Positions 41,489 to 53,800 of a stretch of 64,000 nucleotides of DNA are shown here, piece by piece. Origin of the DNA: Nymphaea colorata. Lineage: Eukaryota. The stretch is from assembly GCF_008831285.2 (NCBI RefSeq), contig NC_045138.2:14012001-14076000 (forward strand), read 5' to 3'. Each line of letters begins with the position of its first letter. Positions within the stretch are counted from its first letter, which is position 1. The notes under the pieces were generated by a model. That model saw only the letters and a list, made by a program, of their open reading frames with translations. It searched no databases and was not told the DNA's origin. Position numbers and translations under genes: made by a program.

Positions 41489-44400
41489 CTCGCTCTCTCT
41501 CAAACTACGAGTGAGCAAGTGAGGCGAGAAATGGAGGGAGATCGCGAGGGGAAGCATTCTATTTCTTGCTTCTTGTTTCTACCCATGGCATGAGGACGAA
41601 GCGGGCGGGTCTCATATGGTCCGGGTCGTTGTGGAACCCAACCCGAACCACTTTTAGTCATATTGTCATTGACTTGTATCGCTCATGACCATTTAAGACT
41701 ACTGACCAACCTTTTGGATTTAAATAAATCCGGATCCAATCCAACAAGCCCTAGTAGGGGCAAGGCGTATTTATTTTAATTGAACCTCAAATTGGGACTA
41801 TTTTCTCATTCATTCAAAGGTTTTCCTTTTTTTTTCTTTCTTTTTTTTGGATGGGTCTGACTTCATATCCTTCGATCTGAGATCCTCTCAGTGATATCAT
41901 GTCATTTTAGATCTCAAATCCGACGTAAACAAGTCCCCAGGTTTTGGGTAGAAGATAACTGGACGTAGGTTCCAATCTCAGTGCTCATATGTTTATTAAA
42001 GAAAGAATATAAAAGCAAATGTTAACTCTAAAACAAAAATACGTCACCCTTTTAGATGGAGTTATATTCAAACTACTATAAGTTGAAAGAGTGTTTGAAG
42101 AAAGTCATGAAACCGAACACAATCACCGTTCTTTCCCCAAGATTGACGTATCAATTTTCTTTTCCCTCCGTCCCGTCCTGTTTTGCAGCAGATGAGAATA
42201 ATTTTATCGTCTTTTCAAACGCGTAAAATGATTTAGTTTTCCCTCCCATGGACTAGAACCATTCTTAAGAAGAAGGCCATGCAGGAAGCCTGAAAGTGAG
42301 CTCAGCAGACACTGACAGAATCTGAAAAGACAAACCAGCGGTGCTTGATTCTTGGAAGGTTTAATGGCAGCCACCAATGTTGTCAGGAGAATCCTTCCCG
42401 GGAAAGGATAAGAGAAAACCGACCTGTATCTGATGTTGCAAAAAAAAGCAACACGAACTAAGCGATTTTGGCAAATTAATTTGATTGATCGGATTATCCA
42501 AGGCTACTGTCTGTGGTGCACCGTTTATTTTTCTTTATTTTCGAATATTTTGCAATTTTACTTAAAATTTTAATTTCTTATACATTTTATGTATATATAT
42601 TTCCATTTGAAACCCAAATGATCTATACCACTTTGCTATGTTTGATTGCCTCTGATCAAAGATCCTCTAGATTTTGAGATTTAGTTCGGACCCTTGAATT
42701 GGACTTTTTCTACATTTTTTAGAGGAAAAATATGGATTTCAAGTGTGGATCTTAGGTTTGACCTGAAATATTTAGTTTGACGAACCATGGATTCTACTAT
42801 AGATCTTTTATCGCATTAACAAAAAGAATACCACATCAGATCCATAGATCTTAATTCTTACGAAGCAATAAAAGTGAAGATCAAAGTTTTTTCTTGGCAA
42901 GATGAATGAATTTTATCATGAATCTTACAATTTATGGATCTGAAGGTAACAACCCCTTCCATTTCTCTATGAGATCCATGAATATTTGACTTGACGAAAA
43001 TCATAATTAGTCTACTGTTTTTAAAATCAAAAGTTTGTTAGAACCATGAATTTAGGGACTCTAAATCAGGCTTCAATGGTTCACATCAAGGTGGCAAATG
43101 AGTTGGATTTGAGACAACTAAATACATCAGAGGTCAAGACCGAATCGGTTTTAGCGTAACAAACAATAAGAAATGACAAAACCCTTACACCAATTCGAGT
43201 CAAACTTGCGCCCTTTTCTTCACAAGAATTCCCAAAAGAACTTAGAAAAGTGGAAAGTAAGTCTACGGACATTCAATCTTGAAAAGCAAATATATTTTCT
43301 ACAAGAAGGATGTTTTATTGTGTGAACATAATGGGTTAATTGTTTTTTCCAAAACAAACACGGGTAAAACCAGAAAGAGATAATTTGTTGTAACTGCAAA
43401 ATTTCAATATTTAGAAGAAAACATAACTTTTAGTTTATTCCGTCAAACACTCCCAGTAGTTTGGTTAATGAAGAAAAACTCGGTTGAGTCGTTTTAGAGT
43501 ATCTTTGGATCGGGTTCGGGTGGTCTAGTGATCAAATACGGACGTGGATGGATTTTGAAACATCGGATCTAAGTTGGGTTTGTATCTAAACCATGGATTT
43601 GCTTCATGATACCAGCCAAGAACTATGATCCTCCTATGGCTATCCAGTGGAAAACTCTTTTTAGCATTATATATACTCTAACATTCTTTAGTTGGGATTA
43701 GCAAAACTATTAACAGCAAAGAGTGTTCTTTTGTAATTTGAGATCCAGATGTGATTTCTAGTAACAATAAAGAATTCAAGTGATCAGAAACATCAACTTT
43801 CTAAAAATTTATAACCATACAAATCCTGCGGCTTCTCACACATAAGAGACATTGTATTTAGGCTGCATGTGTGAGATATATATATATATATATATACATA
43901 CAAGAATGTTCCATAGATTGGTTTTGGATGCAATACATGTATAATCGATTGATAATGTTAAGTGAAAGAGATCTGAAAGGACATACGGTCCAGTTGGTTG
44001 ACCGGTTCGTTTGGAAACCGTCGGGTCTGAGTCTTCCGCGTGGAAGCGCCTAAACTCGGTAAGAATGGTACTCCTTAGAAGAGACAGAAAGAGGGTCCTC
44101 TTCTTTTCTTTCTTTCTTTCTTTCTTTCGTTTTTATCAATCCATGGAACTTCTTCATGTCGCAGCCCAGTTCTTCTTAGTCATCCCTTTCTCTCTCTAAA
44201 TTTCCTAGCTGTTTCCTGGCAACCACCAGGCATTTCTCTCTCTCTCTCTCTCTCCAGTTTTCCCTCCCAAAACGCTTAACGTCAGCTTCCATGTGTCCAT
44301 GTCCATTATATGAGATCTGAATGGGTTCTCTCTCTAGAATGGTCGTACTCCAAATGCTCTCTCCCTCTTTCTCTCACTAGAACATTTCATATTATTTTAT

Positions 44401-44658
44401 TGTATTGGTTTAGAATCTCCTCCAAGGGCAGCCGTATCCTTCCTCCTCCTCCATTAGAGCGGCAGAAACACGCCCTCTTCGTTTCTCCTTCATCCTCCTT
44501 GCCTCTGAGAAACGCATCTCTCTCTCCCTCTCTGAGTACTCCTCTTTCTCTCCCTATTCCTTGAATTCCATCTTCGCCGTTAGTTAGGAATCATCTTTCC
44601 TGGCGTCCCTCCGTTTTTAGCATAAAGCTCTGCGCCGCGCCCCCTTCTGTGCGTCTGA

Positions 44659-45123
44659 ATGAGTGTGATGGCGCTAGGAGCTTTGGTGTCAGCGGATCCA
44701 ATGAAGCAGCTACCGACGCAAGTCGTTCAAAACCCTCCCATGATCTTCACCACCATCACAGGCGGCCACCGCCGCCACCTTCCCTCCGCCTCGCAGGCGG
44801 CCAAACCGACCGTCTCTCCGTCGGACCCGGACGTGGCCGCGGCACAACAACTGGTCCAGCTGAGCAGCGAAGGCGACGCGGACGGTGCCACCCTCCTGCC
44901 TCCCGATCATCAAGACCAACTCCAGAGGGAACGAGAGGAGGCACCCACAACCACCGCCACAACCAACGGCAGTACCGCGTTAGCCGGCGGCACGCCGAAG
45001 GGCGACGAGTCCGATGCCGCTGCCCCAGCGCTCGCTCCTCGCCGGAAACGCCGGTTCGCGTCGATCTCCTCCATCTACGCTCGGACCAAGCCCTTGAAGG
45101 TCCGGGGAGGTAGTCCGCGTTGA
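44659..45123 (+). CDS. Single-exon uncharacterised 154-aa protein with a DVAAAQQLVQLS motif and a basic C-terminal RRKRRFASISSIYARTKPL motif
   Basis: GC-rich coding-like ORF preceded by a CT-rich 5'UTR-like tract. The two motifs resemble those of small uncharacterised plant nuclear proteins. The start codon is uncertain (M1, M4 or M15). Confidence 0.7.
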   Translation: MSVMALGALVSADPMKQLPTQVVQNPPMIFTTITGGHRRHLPSASQAAKPTVSPSDPDVAAAQQLVQLSSEGDADGATLLPPDHQDQLQREREEAPTTTATTNGSTALAGGTPKGDESDAAAPALAPRRKRRFASISSIYARTKPLKVRGGSPR

Positions 45124-45356
45124 ACTTCTCGGTCCCCTCTCCCCCGTCCTCCCTTTCTCAACGCGCAAGCATCGAAGAGAAGAGAAGCAATTTTCCGCCC
45201 TTCAGCCGCACGCTCTCAGGTTTTCTCCTCCGGATTCCGGCAAGTAAGCTCACCCTGCCGTTTGATCTTCCTCCTTTTTGTATAGAACCCAAGCCGTCGT
45301 ATACAGAATGCAAAACATATTCGTCGTTGCTCTCTTTATCTCCCTCTCTCTCTGAC

Positions 45357-45540
45357 AATGATCGTGTAGCCATCTGTGTTCATATTTGATGGAAATAGGT
45401 TTCTCCCTCTTGTTCTCTGAAGAATGATCGTGTAGCCATCTGTTGTTCATATTTGATGGAAATAGCTTTCTCCCTCTTGTTCTCTGAAGAATGATCGAAT
45501 AGCCATCAGTCTCCATATTCGATAGAAATCTCTTTCTCTC
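45357..45540. repeat. Tandem repeat, ~66-67 bp unit, ~2.8 copies
   Basis: AATGATCG...AGCCATC...CATATT.GAT.GAAAT starts at 45357, 45423 and 45490. Confidence 0.85.
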
Positions 45541-46350
45541 TTTCATGGCGAATAAAGATGAGGGGCATAGATCATGTCGATATCTTCTGCAAATAAACTT
45601 TGATTTCCACCAGGCACCAAGCTGCCCGTTTGGTGGAGCGAGACGAGAGATTTCCTCATGGGGATTTGGTTTTCCTGCTCCGCCCTCTCCACCAAAACTT
45701 CTGCAGCGGAAAAATAACCGTTCTTTTTGGATTTTACGCCTTTTCAGGGTCACAAGCGCCCTGTCCGCTGCCGTAGAACTCCACGTCGGGAAGAATTTGT
45801 TCCCTCTGAGTTGGTACCAAAGCCTCCATGTTATGACCCAACAACGTCTGATCTCTCTCTCTCTCTCGACTCCACGTCTGTTTGGTGAATTGAGTTCCCA
45901 TTGGAAATCGTTTCCCATGCTTCCAAACACCGGGTCTCAAGGCGCCCCTGTGAAATCAAACAAATTGGTGGAATATGCTGAAAAGTTAAGCATTTCTTGA
46001 TTATCGAGAATCCAAATGAACAGTAACGATTTTATACATTATATATATTCTCGTGGAGTTAGCTTGCTGAGGAGGGGGCTTGCACTTAATTGAACCTCGC
46101 CATTATCAAGATTCAGCAACATTAATTTAGGAGCGACGGCAGCGATGGCGTCCAAGGGAATTTGGAGACGCAGCTATAGCCGTATTCCACGTGGACATTC
46201 ATATCAGGTCCTTTCAGTTTAGGGAAGAAAATGCTACACGTGGGCGTGGCCACCAGCTTGGAGAGTAGCTTCTGATTCTATTTCTTGCATAATATTCTAG
46301 CAAACAACATTGTCTCCATCTTATGGCTTTTAATAGTTGATCTCTCTCTC

Positions 46351-46484
46351 TCTTCATATTGCCACCACCTTTTGCGACTAAACCTCACATTTTCCCAGAT
46401 ATAGCAATATATATATATATATATATATATCCCTTATTTGCTATATCTGGGAAAATGTGGCAAAAGGTGGTGGCAATATGAAGA
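46351..46484. repeat. Near-perfect inverted repeat: 47 paired bp, one 10-nt bulge, (TA)n loop
   Basis: 46351-46375 is the reverse complement of 46460-46484, and 46386-46407 is the reverse complement of 46438-46459. Confidence 0.95.
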
Positions 46485-49400
46485 TTTGAATTACCCATGT
46501 TGTTGTTTTGTTGTTTGCATGACCCACTACACAAAATTCCTTTGCTTTGAGGGGCGAAGCATAGTTGGTTTGGTTTAAGTGCTAACAATTATTGATTTGA
46601 GCTGCAAATAGTGACATGCATGACACTTTAATTTAATTAAATGATGATTTGCCGCATGGTCTAGAAGGCAGGAGAGAAATGGGTGGCTTCGCCATCTTGT
46701 GGACCACCAAACTCCGTCGAACATAATACAAGAATAAGTTGATGGAAAAAAGAAAAAACCAAAAAATTGGATATCTGAGCGTGGAGAGAACTAATTAACC
46801 AGCAGCCTGCTATGCTTGGTCAAAAAGAAGGCTCTCGAAGATTCTCCGTTTAGCTTTACATGATAATTTCCATTTTTTTCTGCGTGCTTTCTTCTTCCTT
46901 TTTTTTTTTTTTTTGATTCTGCATATAAAGTTGGTGCAAAAAGTTGCGATAGCGTTGTGCATGATGGCTCTGAAAGCTTGTAATATGATTCCGCATGCTT
47001 AGCCATTTAGAGTACGTAACTGTATTAATTTTTTTTCTATCCTTCTTTTTTCTGAAAAAACAAAAACCATGCTTAGGAAATTAACCTTCAAGCTTAGTCC
47101 TTGAGAACCCTGTACGACCGCTGAATCTCATGCCTTATGATGCTAATCTCAATCTTGTAAAGATTTCAGGGTGTAGATTAGCAATATAGTGCCACTAATA
47201 ACATCCAAACCTTTCTCAACTCCTTTATCTCATATTTTCAACTTCTCAATGTACAATTTCCTGCAGCAGAGTGCCTAGCATTTTTTCTTGTTTCAATTTC
47301 TTAAAGAAAATGACTGGAAATAATCTTAAAAAAAAAGGAAAATAGGTCAATGTTAATCCTTTTCGGTTCTATAAAACCCATGTTTGATATGTTTCTAATA
47401 TATACAAACGACGAATGCTTCGTGAAGTAATAAAATCCATAACAGTATCCACTACACATTTTAATTTGTCTCACCGCAACATAAATTTGCTGCATTTGAA
47501 AATGAAAACACGAAGAAAAGAAATAATAAATGCATCCACATGTTCATACAAAGCACATCTGCAGGAAGTAAAGGTATTAGTGAGGTTTATCTGTGCGTGT
47601 TCGAAGGACCAAACCATTTGGCATTGGGAGGAAAGTTTGGTGCTGGACGTAATTGAATAGTATCCTAACTCTAGAAGCTGTTTAGACTATACATTTTATG
47701 TAGATAAAATATTAGGCCTGCAAAACATTTTTGAATCAAAAGCAAGGCGAAAATCATGTGGACTGAATCCTACAAAAGTTCAAAAGCACAGCTTCTGGTT
47801 AAACCAAAACACCAGTTCTTTCACTGATCTAAGAGAGGTCTCTCTGCTTTTTAGAAAAAAACAAACCTTTTACTGTGTATTTTCATGAAATGTTAACTGA
47901 ACTTATGAGCTACCAATTAAGTTTCATGCATTGCAGCAACCAATTTCATCTACTCGAAGCAACTGATGGTTTGGTGTTGGAATCATATAACTGAAACATG
48001 CGGAATTCCTACTGCGCAAATTAATTTCCTTGATCATGACCAAGTACAACTGTGCAATTTACAAAAGCTAAAAGAAGAAAGCAATCTCTACTCAATAGAC
48101 CCATCTGCTTAATCGTGCGTATCAAACAAGTTCCTGCCCATCAAAAGCTTGCCACCTTCGACACAGTTATTGCCAACCACACAGAAGGAGGAGAGGCTGG
48201 GAATGGCTATGTCAAATTGCACTATGATAGTGCTCAAAGATAAGAGAATAAACAGAGCCATCTCTTTAATCACAACTGTACTCAACACGAATACTGTAAA
48301 GGCTCCACTTGGTTGATTCCTTCCACAAATAATCAGAGTAGTAATCATAAATCTCCACATGTTCTTGGTTCAGGGAGTCAGATTTTAGCAAAGCAGTCAG
48401 AGTTCAAAATCTCATCGACACAAGCACCTGCACGATGATACGACCGATGAGCCGGATCATATTTCAAGGCGTGGTTTCCTTGTGTAAAAAAAAGAAAAAG
48501 AAAAAAGAGACACGATTGTCATAAGCGAACATTTACCAGCACATTGGGCACTAGGCCCATGTTAGGATGTTGTGCTGTTAATATAATGTTCTGTATTTCC
48601 TACGTACATTGTGCACAGCATGTAAGAATAATACGCATATTATATACATGCACGCAATAAGCTTTTATGCAGATGATATCAAAATCTAGAAAAGAAAATT
48701 TAAAAATTGAACGTTTTGATATAACAACTGGGCTCATGCTGCATTCGTAGAGGCTGAAACTGAGCTCAGCTTGGCTCCCCATGATGCCCCCACGAGCCAT
48801 TTCTTAATGAATTTTCTTGCTCAATCGTGATTTAGCAGGGAAAAGAGTCCATTGAGATCGCTTGCTGATTCAGGGTGTTAAAAAGAGTACTTTCTCTTTC
48901 AGCAATTAAAATGACAGCCATCAAAGAGAGGAATTCCCTCCTTATAGCAGGACTCCATGCTTATCCATGCTTTCCGTACCCTACCCAAAAAGAAGCGCAT
49001 GATCATCTTTTTGATATATATATTTTTTAAAGATGAAACATGCGATGGCATTTGCTCGTCAAGGTTCCACGTCAAACTTTTAAAATGCAAGCCTCCCCTT
49101 CTCTCTCTACGCAGCTTGCTGCAGACTCTCTCTCTCTCATATACCGCCCAATGCAATGTAACTCGATGAAGCTGAAGATTGCATCCCAGTGCAACTCATG
49201 AGGCGGGTGAAAGGAGAGGGTATCACCACTATATATATATAAAATGAAAATGCATAACAAGGAGTCTCCTACGTACAAGAACAAACCACAAAAATAAAAT
49301 AAAAAGAATAAATTACACAAGACAACAGCCCAACAAAACAAAATAAGAGGGGTGGAGAGAGTGTGGATAGGCGGAGCGGAGAGGCACCCAACCACAAACG

Positions 49401-50372
49401 AAGGATAGCGCTGTAGCCAAATATCAAAGTGGACTTCCCTCTGCACAAGGCATGCCACAGAATCAGACGATGAGAAGGTGCTCTTGAAGACACTATTGTT
49501 GTGCTCCTCCCAAATACACCACTAAGAGGATATGAGTCACAACCTCCAGACATGACCCCAATAAAAGAACAGATGGGAGAAAGACAATAGAGGAAAAAAA
49601 AGTGAATGGAAGGCAGGTCAGAAAGACTAGTAACAAAGACAATGCATAGGCAAAAACATTATAAAAAATTTGACAAAAAGTAAAAATGTGAATTCGAGAC
49701 TTAGCCACGATGAGATAAATGAGACATTGTTTAGCTAAACTAATACAAAGGTGCTGGAGAAAAAAAAACTGAGATTGTAGGCTTATATGATCATCATTTT
49801 GGCACGAGTAACGTTGAAAATGACATTTTCAAGCATGATATGCTCACGTTTAACATTGTAAATGAATTCGGGACGAATGGCCCAACAACTAAGGAGAAGG
49901 AAGTTTCCTTTTCTACACAAAACCAACCAAAACTACTACCCAAGTGAAGGTGGTCAGATCTCTCAACTCAATTTATAAGTTGATGATTTGGGAGAAAAAA
50001 TAGGGATCCTATGACATTTAAGCTTTTTATAATTTTGAGGCAGTTTATTTTCTAGTCGAGTCTGAGTGACTACCAGCATATGCATGATTAAGCATCACGT
50101 GACCTTACAACTTGTGCCCAATGTACGCTTATTTGTATTAATCTAGAAGTCCTAACTTTGACTCAAAACAAAACAAGGGTTTTATCTTGTCTTGTCACAA
50201 TTATTTCAGTATACATGATAATTAATTATTTTTTAAAAACTTCTATGCAATCATAAAAAAATTTCAAGGATACAGTAACAGGCATTAACGTACAATAAGT
50301 GGGTTCTCCCCCAGTTTATTGGGCTGAACTGAAGATAAAAGAATGAATATATCGTCACGGATTGAGATGCGT

Positions 50373-50456
50373 CATTTGGGGTTAGGACGAGGAATATTAA
50401 CACAGGACTTCATGCATTTGGGGTTAGGACGATGAATATTAACACATGACTTCATG
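50373..50456. repeat. 42-bp tandem duplication
   Basis: CATTTGGGGTTAGGACGA(G/T)GAATATTAACACA(G/T)GACTTCATG occurs twice. Confidence 0.9.
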
Positions 50457-51675
50457 AATCTCTAATCCTTATGATTGACTCGTGGAATAGTTGTGTTGAC
50501 ATCCCTGGTCATAGATCTTCAAGAAGAGGAAGAAAACGAAAACTACGAGGCATTTATTTTAAAATCGACTCAAATTGAATTAAACTTTTGAGTTTGCCTG
50601 GTTTCCGGTTTTCAGATTGCTTTCTTTTACATTGTTGGTGCTCGATCGGATATTATTTCAAATTTATTTAAAGCAGGTTTTATCCTTTAATTTTGAGTAA
50701 TTATGATGCGTGAACTTTTGGTCATGCAAATAATTTATAAGAAAGAATTACAAAAAGTTGCCGAACGTTTAAGCGAACAACAACTAAGGGACTGCCTTGC
50801 ACGATGTATGAACTATACATGCATATAAGCTGCACTTGCCAACTTCTTCTAAAACAGAGACAAAAGGAGGCTCCATGTACAAAATTTACAATTGTAAATA
50901 TTGTTGGTCTGAATCCGTGGACATTGCCACGAGAATCCATTTCAGCAATCATACTCTCAACTAATCTTTGTATTTCTTGCTTCCCAAAATTATGAGTAAC
51001 ATAAAAAGTTGGTTCCCTTTAACTTCAAATTAAAGCACAGAGCTACCAACAAACACAATCTGTTAGATGATTGCTGATGAGTTTCAATCTCATTGTACCC
51101 TCTCAAAAATTTCTGGAGTTTAGGGGCCTTCACTTGGGCGTTTCACTATGTTGAAAAGGCAGCTACAAGTCACTTTAAGATTGGTTTTATAATGATTAAA
51201 CATTAAAACAGAGCGTTTTTGTACAATGAAGCAATTTGGTACAACCCATTTTTCTACCATTTTGCAGAACGATATGGAACATTGGCTTTAGAACTTCAAA
51301 TCCGTAGATTGAAGGAAGAAATAAAAGGCAAGATTGGTAACCGGTCAGATTTCACCTGGAATCAGTTGTAAAACCATGAAAAAGAGTCACTGAAGCTCCC
51401 AAATTGAATCCAAGGCAACAGTACTACCACCGTGCGAGCTTAAATCTGATTGTAAAATATAGTGAATGAATTATTTTCTAATGTAGTTCAACACTTAGAA
51501 AATATTTTCACCTCTCTTTTTCCCCTGCAAAAATCGGGAGCCGCTTTAGAAACTCATGAGCGAGATCCATAAACAATCCTCAAATCTGAAGACCAAATTT
51601 CTCCATCGAGTCTCAGTAGAACTGAACCCCTGAGATCAACGCCACTTGTATACGTTAGCTGGTTCCCGAGTCGGT

Positions 51676-51770
51676 AACAGTCAGAAATCTCGTGTGTGGA
51701 ATATGACACTCATCGCGCCCCAACCAGAAGAGGGACGCTGTGCCTCCAGAAAGGATTTTCATCACCCAGT
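51676..51770 (-). ncRNA. Box C/D snoRNA predicted to guide 2'-O-methylation of 25S rRNA at the C of AGAAAUCUC (Arabidopsis ~C2683 equivalent)
   Basis: C box GTGATGA (51765-51759) and D box CTGA (51684-51681). A ~15-bp flanking stem pairs 51666-51680 with 51767-51782. The D-adjacent guide CACACGAGATTT is complementary to the plant 25S segment CAGAAATCTCGTGTGG, recalled from memory. Confidence 0.85.
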
Positions 51771-52028
51771 TACACGACTCGGCCAAGACAAATGCAATGA
51801 TGGCAAGAATGAAGGAGATTGGCCCAAGAAGAGACCCATTGAAGAACCGACTCGATGAAACTCAACCACGAATCAACGATCAAAGAAGAAGAAGAACCCG
51901 CCCTCACCTTTTCCCATTCCAGAACCAGAAAACAAGACCCAAGAAATCTCTCCTCTCTCTCTCTCCCTGCTTTTCTGCCGTTCTGCGTCGCGTCCTGGAA
52001 GACCTCGATTTAAAACGCTTTAATAAAG

Positions 52029-52058
52029 AAACCCTAGTAAGGGCAAAAGTCGTCATTT
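52029..52058 (-). promoter_or_regulatory. Telo-box (AAACCCTA) plus tef-box-like AGGGCAAAAGTCGTCATTT; putative promoter of the minus-strand snoRNA host
   Basis: The motifs lie just upstream of a GA-rich first exon ending at a strong donor AAAG|GTGAGG (51908/51907). Telo boxes are typical of plant snoRNA and ribosome-biogenesis genes. Confidence 0.6.
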
Positions 52059-52791
52059 GCCCTCCACAATATGCCTATTTTCGAACTTTGTCCCTTGGCG
52101 CGGGCATCGGTCCGGCTCGGAGGAATCGGCCGCATCGAGTCGAACCGGCTTGGTTTTTTCAGGTTTGGATCTGATCGAGTCGACCCGAGGCGAGTACAGA
52201 GTACACGTCGGAGCTCATTGCCCGGGCTTACTTGGTGGCATACTAGCAGAGTTCGTAAAGTGCCCAAGCTGATCTAACTCGAACTCGGACCTTGTTGAAA
52301 ACATAGGGCCCAGACTTGAACAAGGTCAGCCCCCTGTTTTTAAGATATGTTCTCTAAGAAGCAATATAGCAAGATGATCATATTGTTAATTTTCAATGCA
52401 ATTTTCATTTAAATGTTGACTCTTTAGCTATTGAAGTTTGCACTTTATAAATTAATGGAATTCGCCCAGATGGCCGCCCACGTTCGGTGATGTCCAAAGT
52501 GTGGAACTATTGAGCTACAAAATGATGCCCTTTCTTTTTTTTTTTTTTTTGAAAACCCTCTAAAAACTTTGGTATATGTTATTTTTGAAATTCTTTCTTA
52601 TATTTTTCAATTTTTTTTACAGGGGCCAAACGATAATTTTCAAAACTTTTTGCAAAAGCCAACTTAAAATTTTTAAAAATTATAGCTTTTTTTTTTTTGC
52701 CGTTTTCAAATTCTAGGGGGTGAGTGAGGGAGGGAGTCACTAAACCAAGCCTCCTTCTTATGTCACACACGCTCACCGTGAGGGTTGGCAA

Positions 52792-53079
52792 TAGAGGTGG
52801 GCATCAGGTCGAGTACCCAACGAGTACCCAATATTCGGCTCGATCGGGTCCTCATTCTAGTTTGGGCCCAAAAAAACCGGTTTTGATCGGTTCGATGGTG
52901 GCCCGATTCAGCCCATAAAATTTAAATATTATATTATTTTATTAATAATATATATTTTATTATTAAAAATATACTTTATATTAAAAAAACATTTTATATT
53001 TTTAAAAATATTTTTTATTATAATGGGGCCAAGTTTGAGTTTCTAACATCGGGTTGGCCTGGCCGGATGCCCAAACTTA
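52792..53079. mobile_element. MITE-like element with TGGGCATC-type imperfect TIRs; a related degenerate inverted copy lies at ~52100-52225
   Basis: Ends TAGAGGTGGGCATCAGGTC / GGCCGGATGCCCAAACTTA, GC-rich subterminal motifs and an AT-rich core. Confidence 0.5.
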
Positions 53080-53656
53080 TTTGGGGAGATATGTTTGTCA
53101 CCAAAATACTTTGTTATCATTTTTATGAATTTTGAAGCAAATTCATGAAATAGTAGAACTAGTTGTCATGAAAAATTGACAAATTATTACATTGTCAAAC
53201 GATCTCTATTGGGTTGAGAATGGAAGATGTTGCCCCATCTTTCCCGTTACACCTCCTCTTAAGGACGGACCACATCTTAAGTTATACTTTAAAAACTATT
53301 CCATATTGAATAAATTACATAAACTATAATCTGCAAGGAACAAAAAAACGCAAACGCACATGAGATTTATACTACTTTAATAGTTCCATGACTTGAGCAC
53401 TATCAATTTATGGGGTCTTCAAGGAAACGAGACCCACTTTCCTTGGAAGGACGGGCAAAAAATTTATTAATTTGGTCTTAGGCAGGAAAGAAGATCTCGA
53501 TGCATTTGGAGCTGCTTCTTGGAAGTTCTGGTTCAATTTTGACAAGATCCTTGGCAATATAAGTAATTCCAAAAAGTTGGTAGTTTTGAAACTAGAGCCA
53601 ACCAGACATGCTCAAACAACAAATTATATAAAATGGATTCTTTAAATATTTCACCT

Positions 53657-53696
53657 CACACACACACACACACACACATGTGTGTGTGTGTGTGTG
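53657..53696. repeat. (CA)11(TG)9 compound microsatellite forming a perfect 36-bp palindrome
   Basis: Read directly; centred on CATG at 53677-53680. Confidence 0.95.
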
Positions 53697-53800
53697 TATG
53701 TGGTGCCAGAGATACATACTCTCCATATATGAAATATCAAAGCATCAATTAAGATAGAAGTGAAAGGGAGGTGGAAAGGCCATCCAGTGGTAACACTAAT

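Noticed and set aside
45250..46000. ORFs of 226 aa (-) and 151 aa (+)
   Set aside because: No recognisable motifs, and the longer ORF runs through a tandem repeat and a microsatellite.
48360..48425. Second C/D-like segment on - (TCGATGA with several CTGA)
   Set aside because: Degenerate C box, short length, weak stem and no rRNA complement I could recognise.
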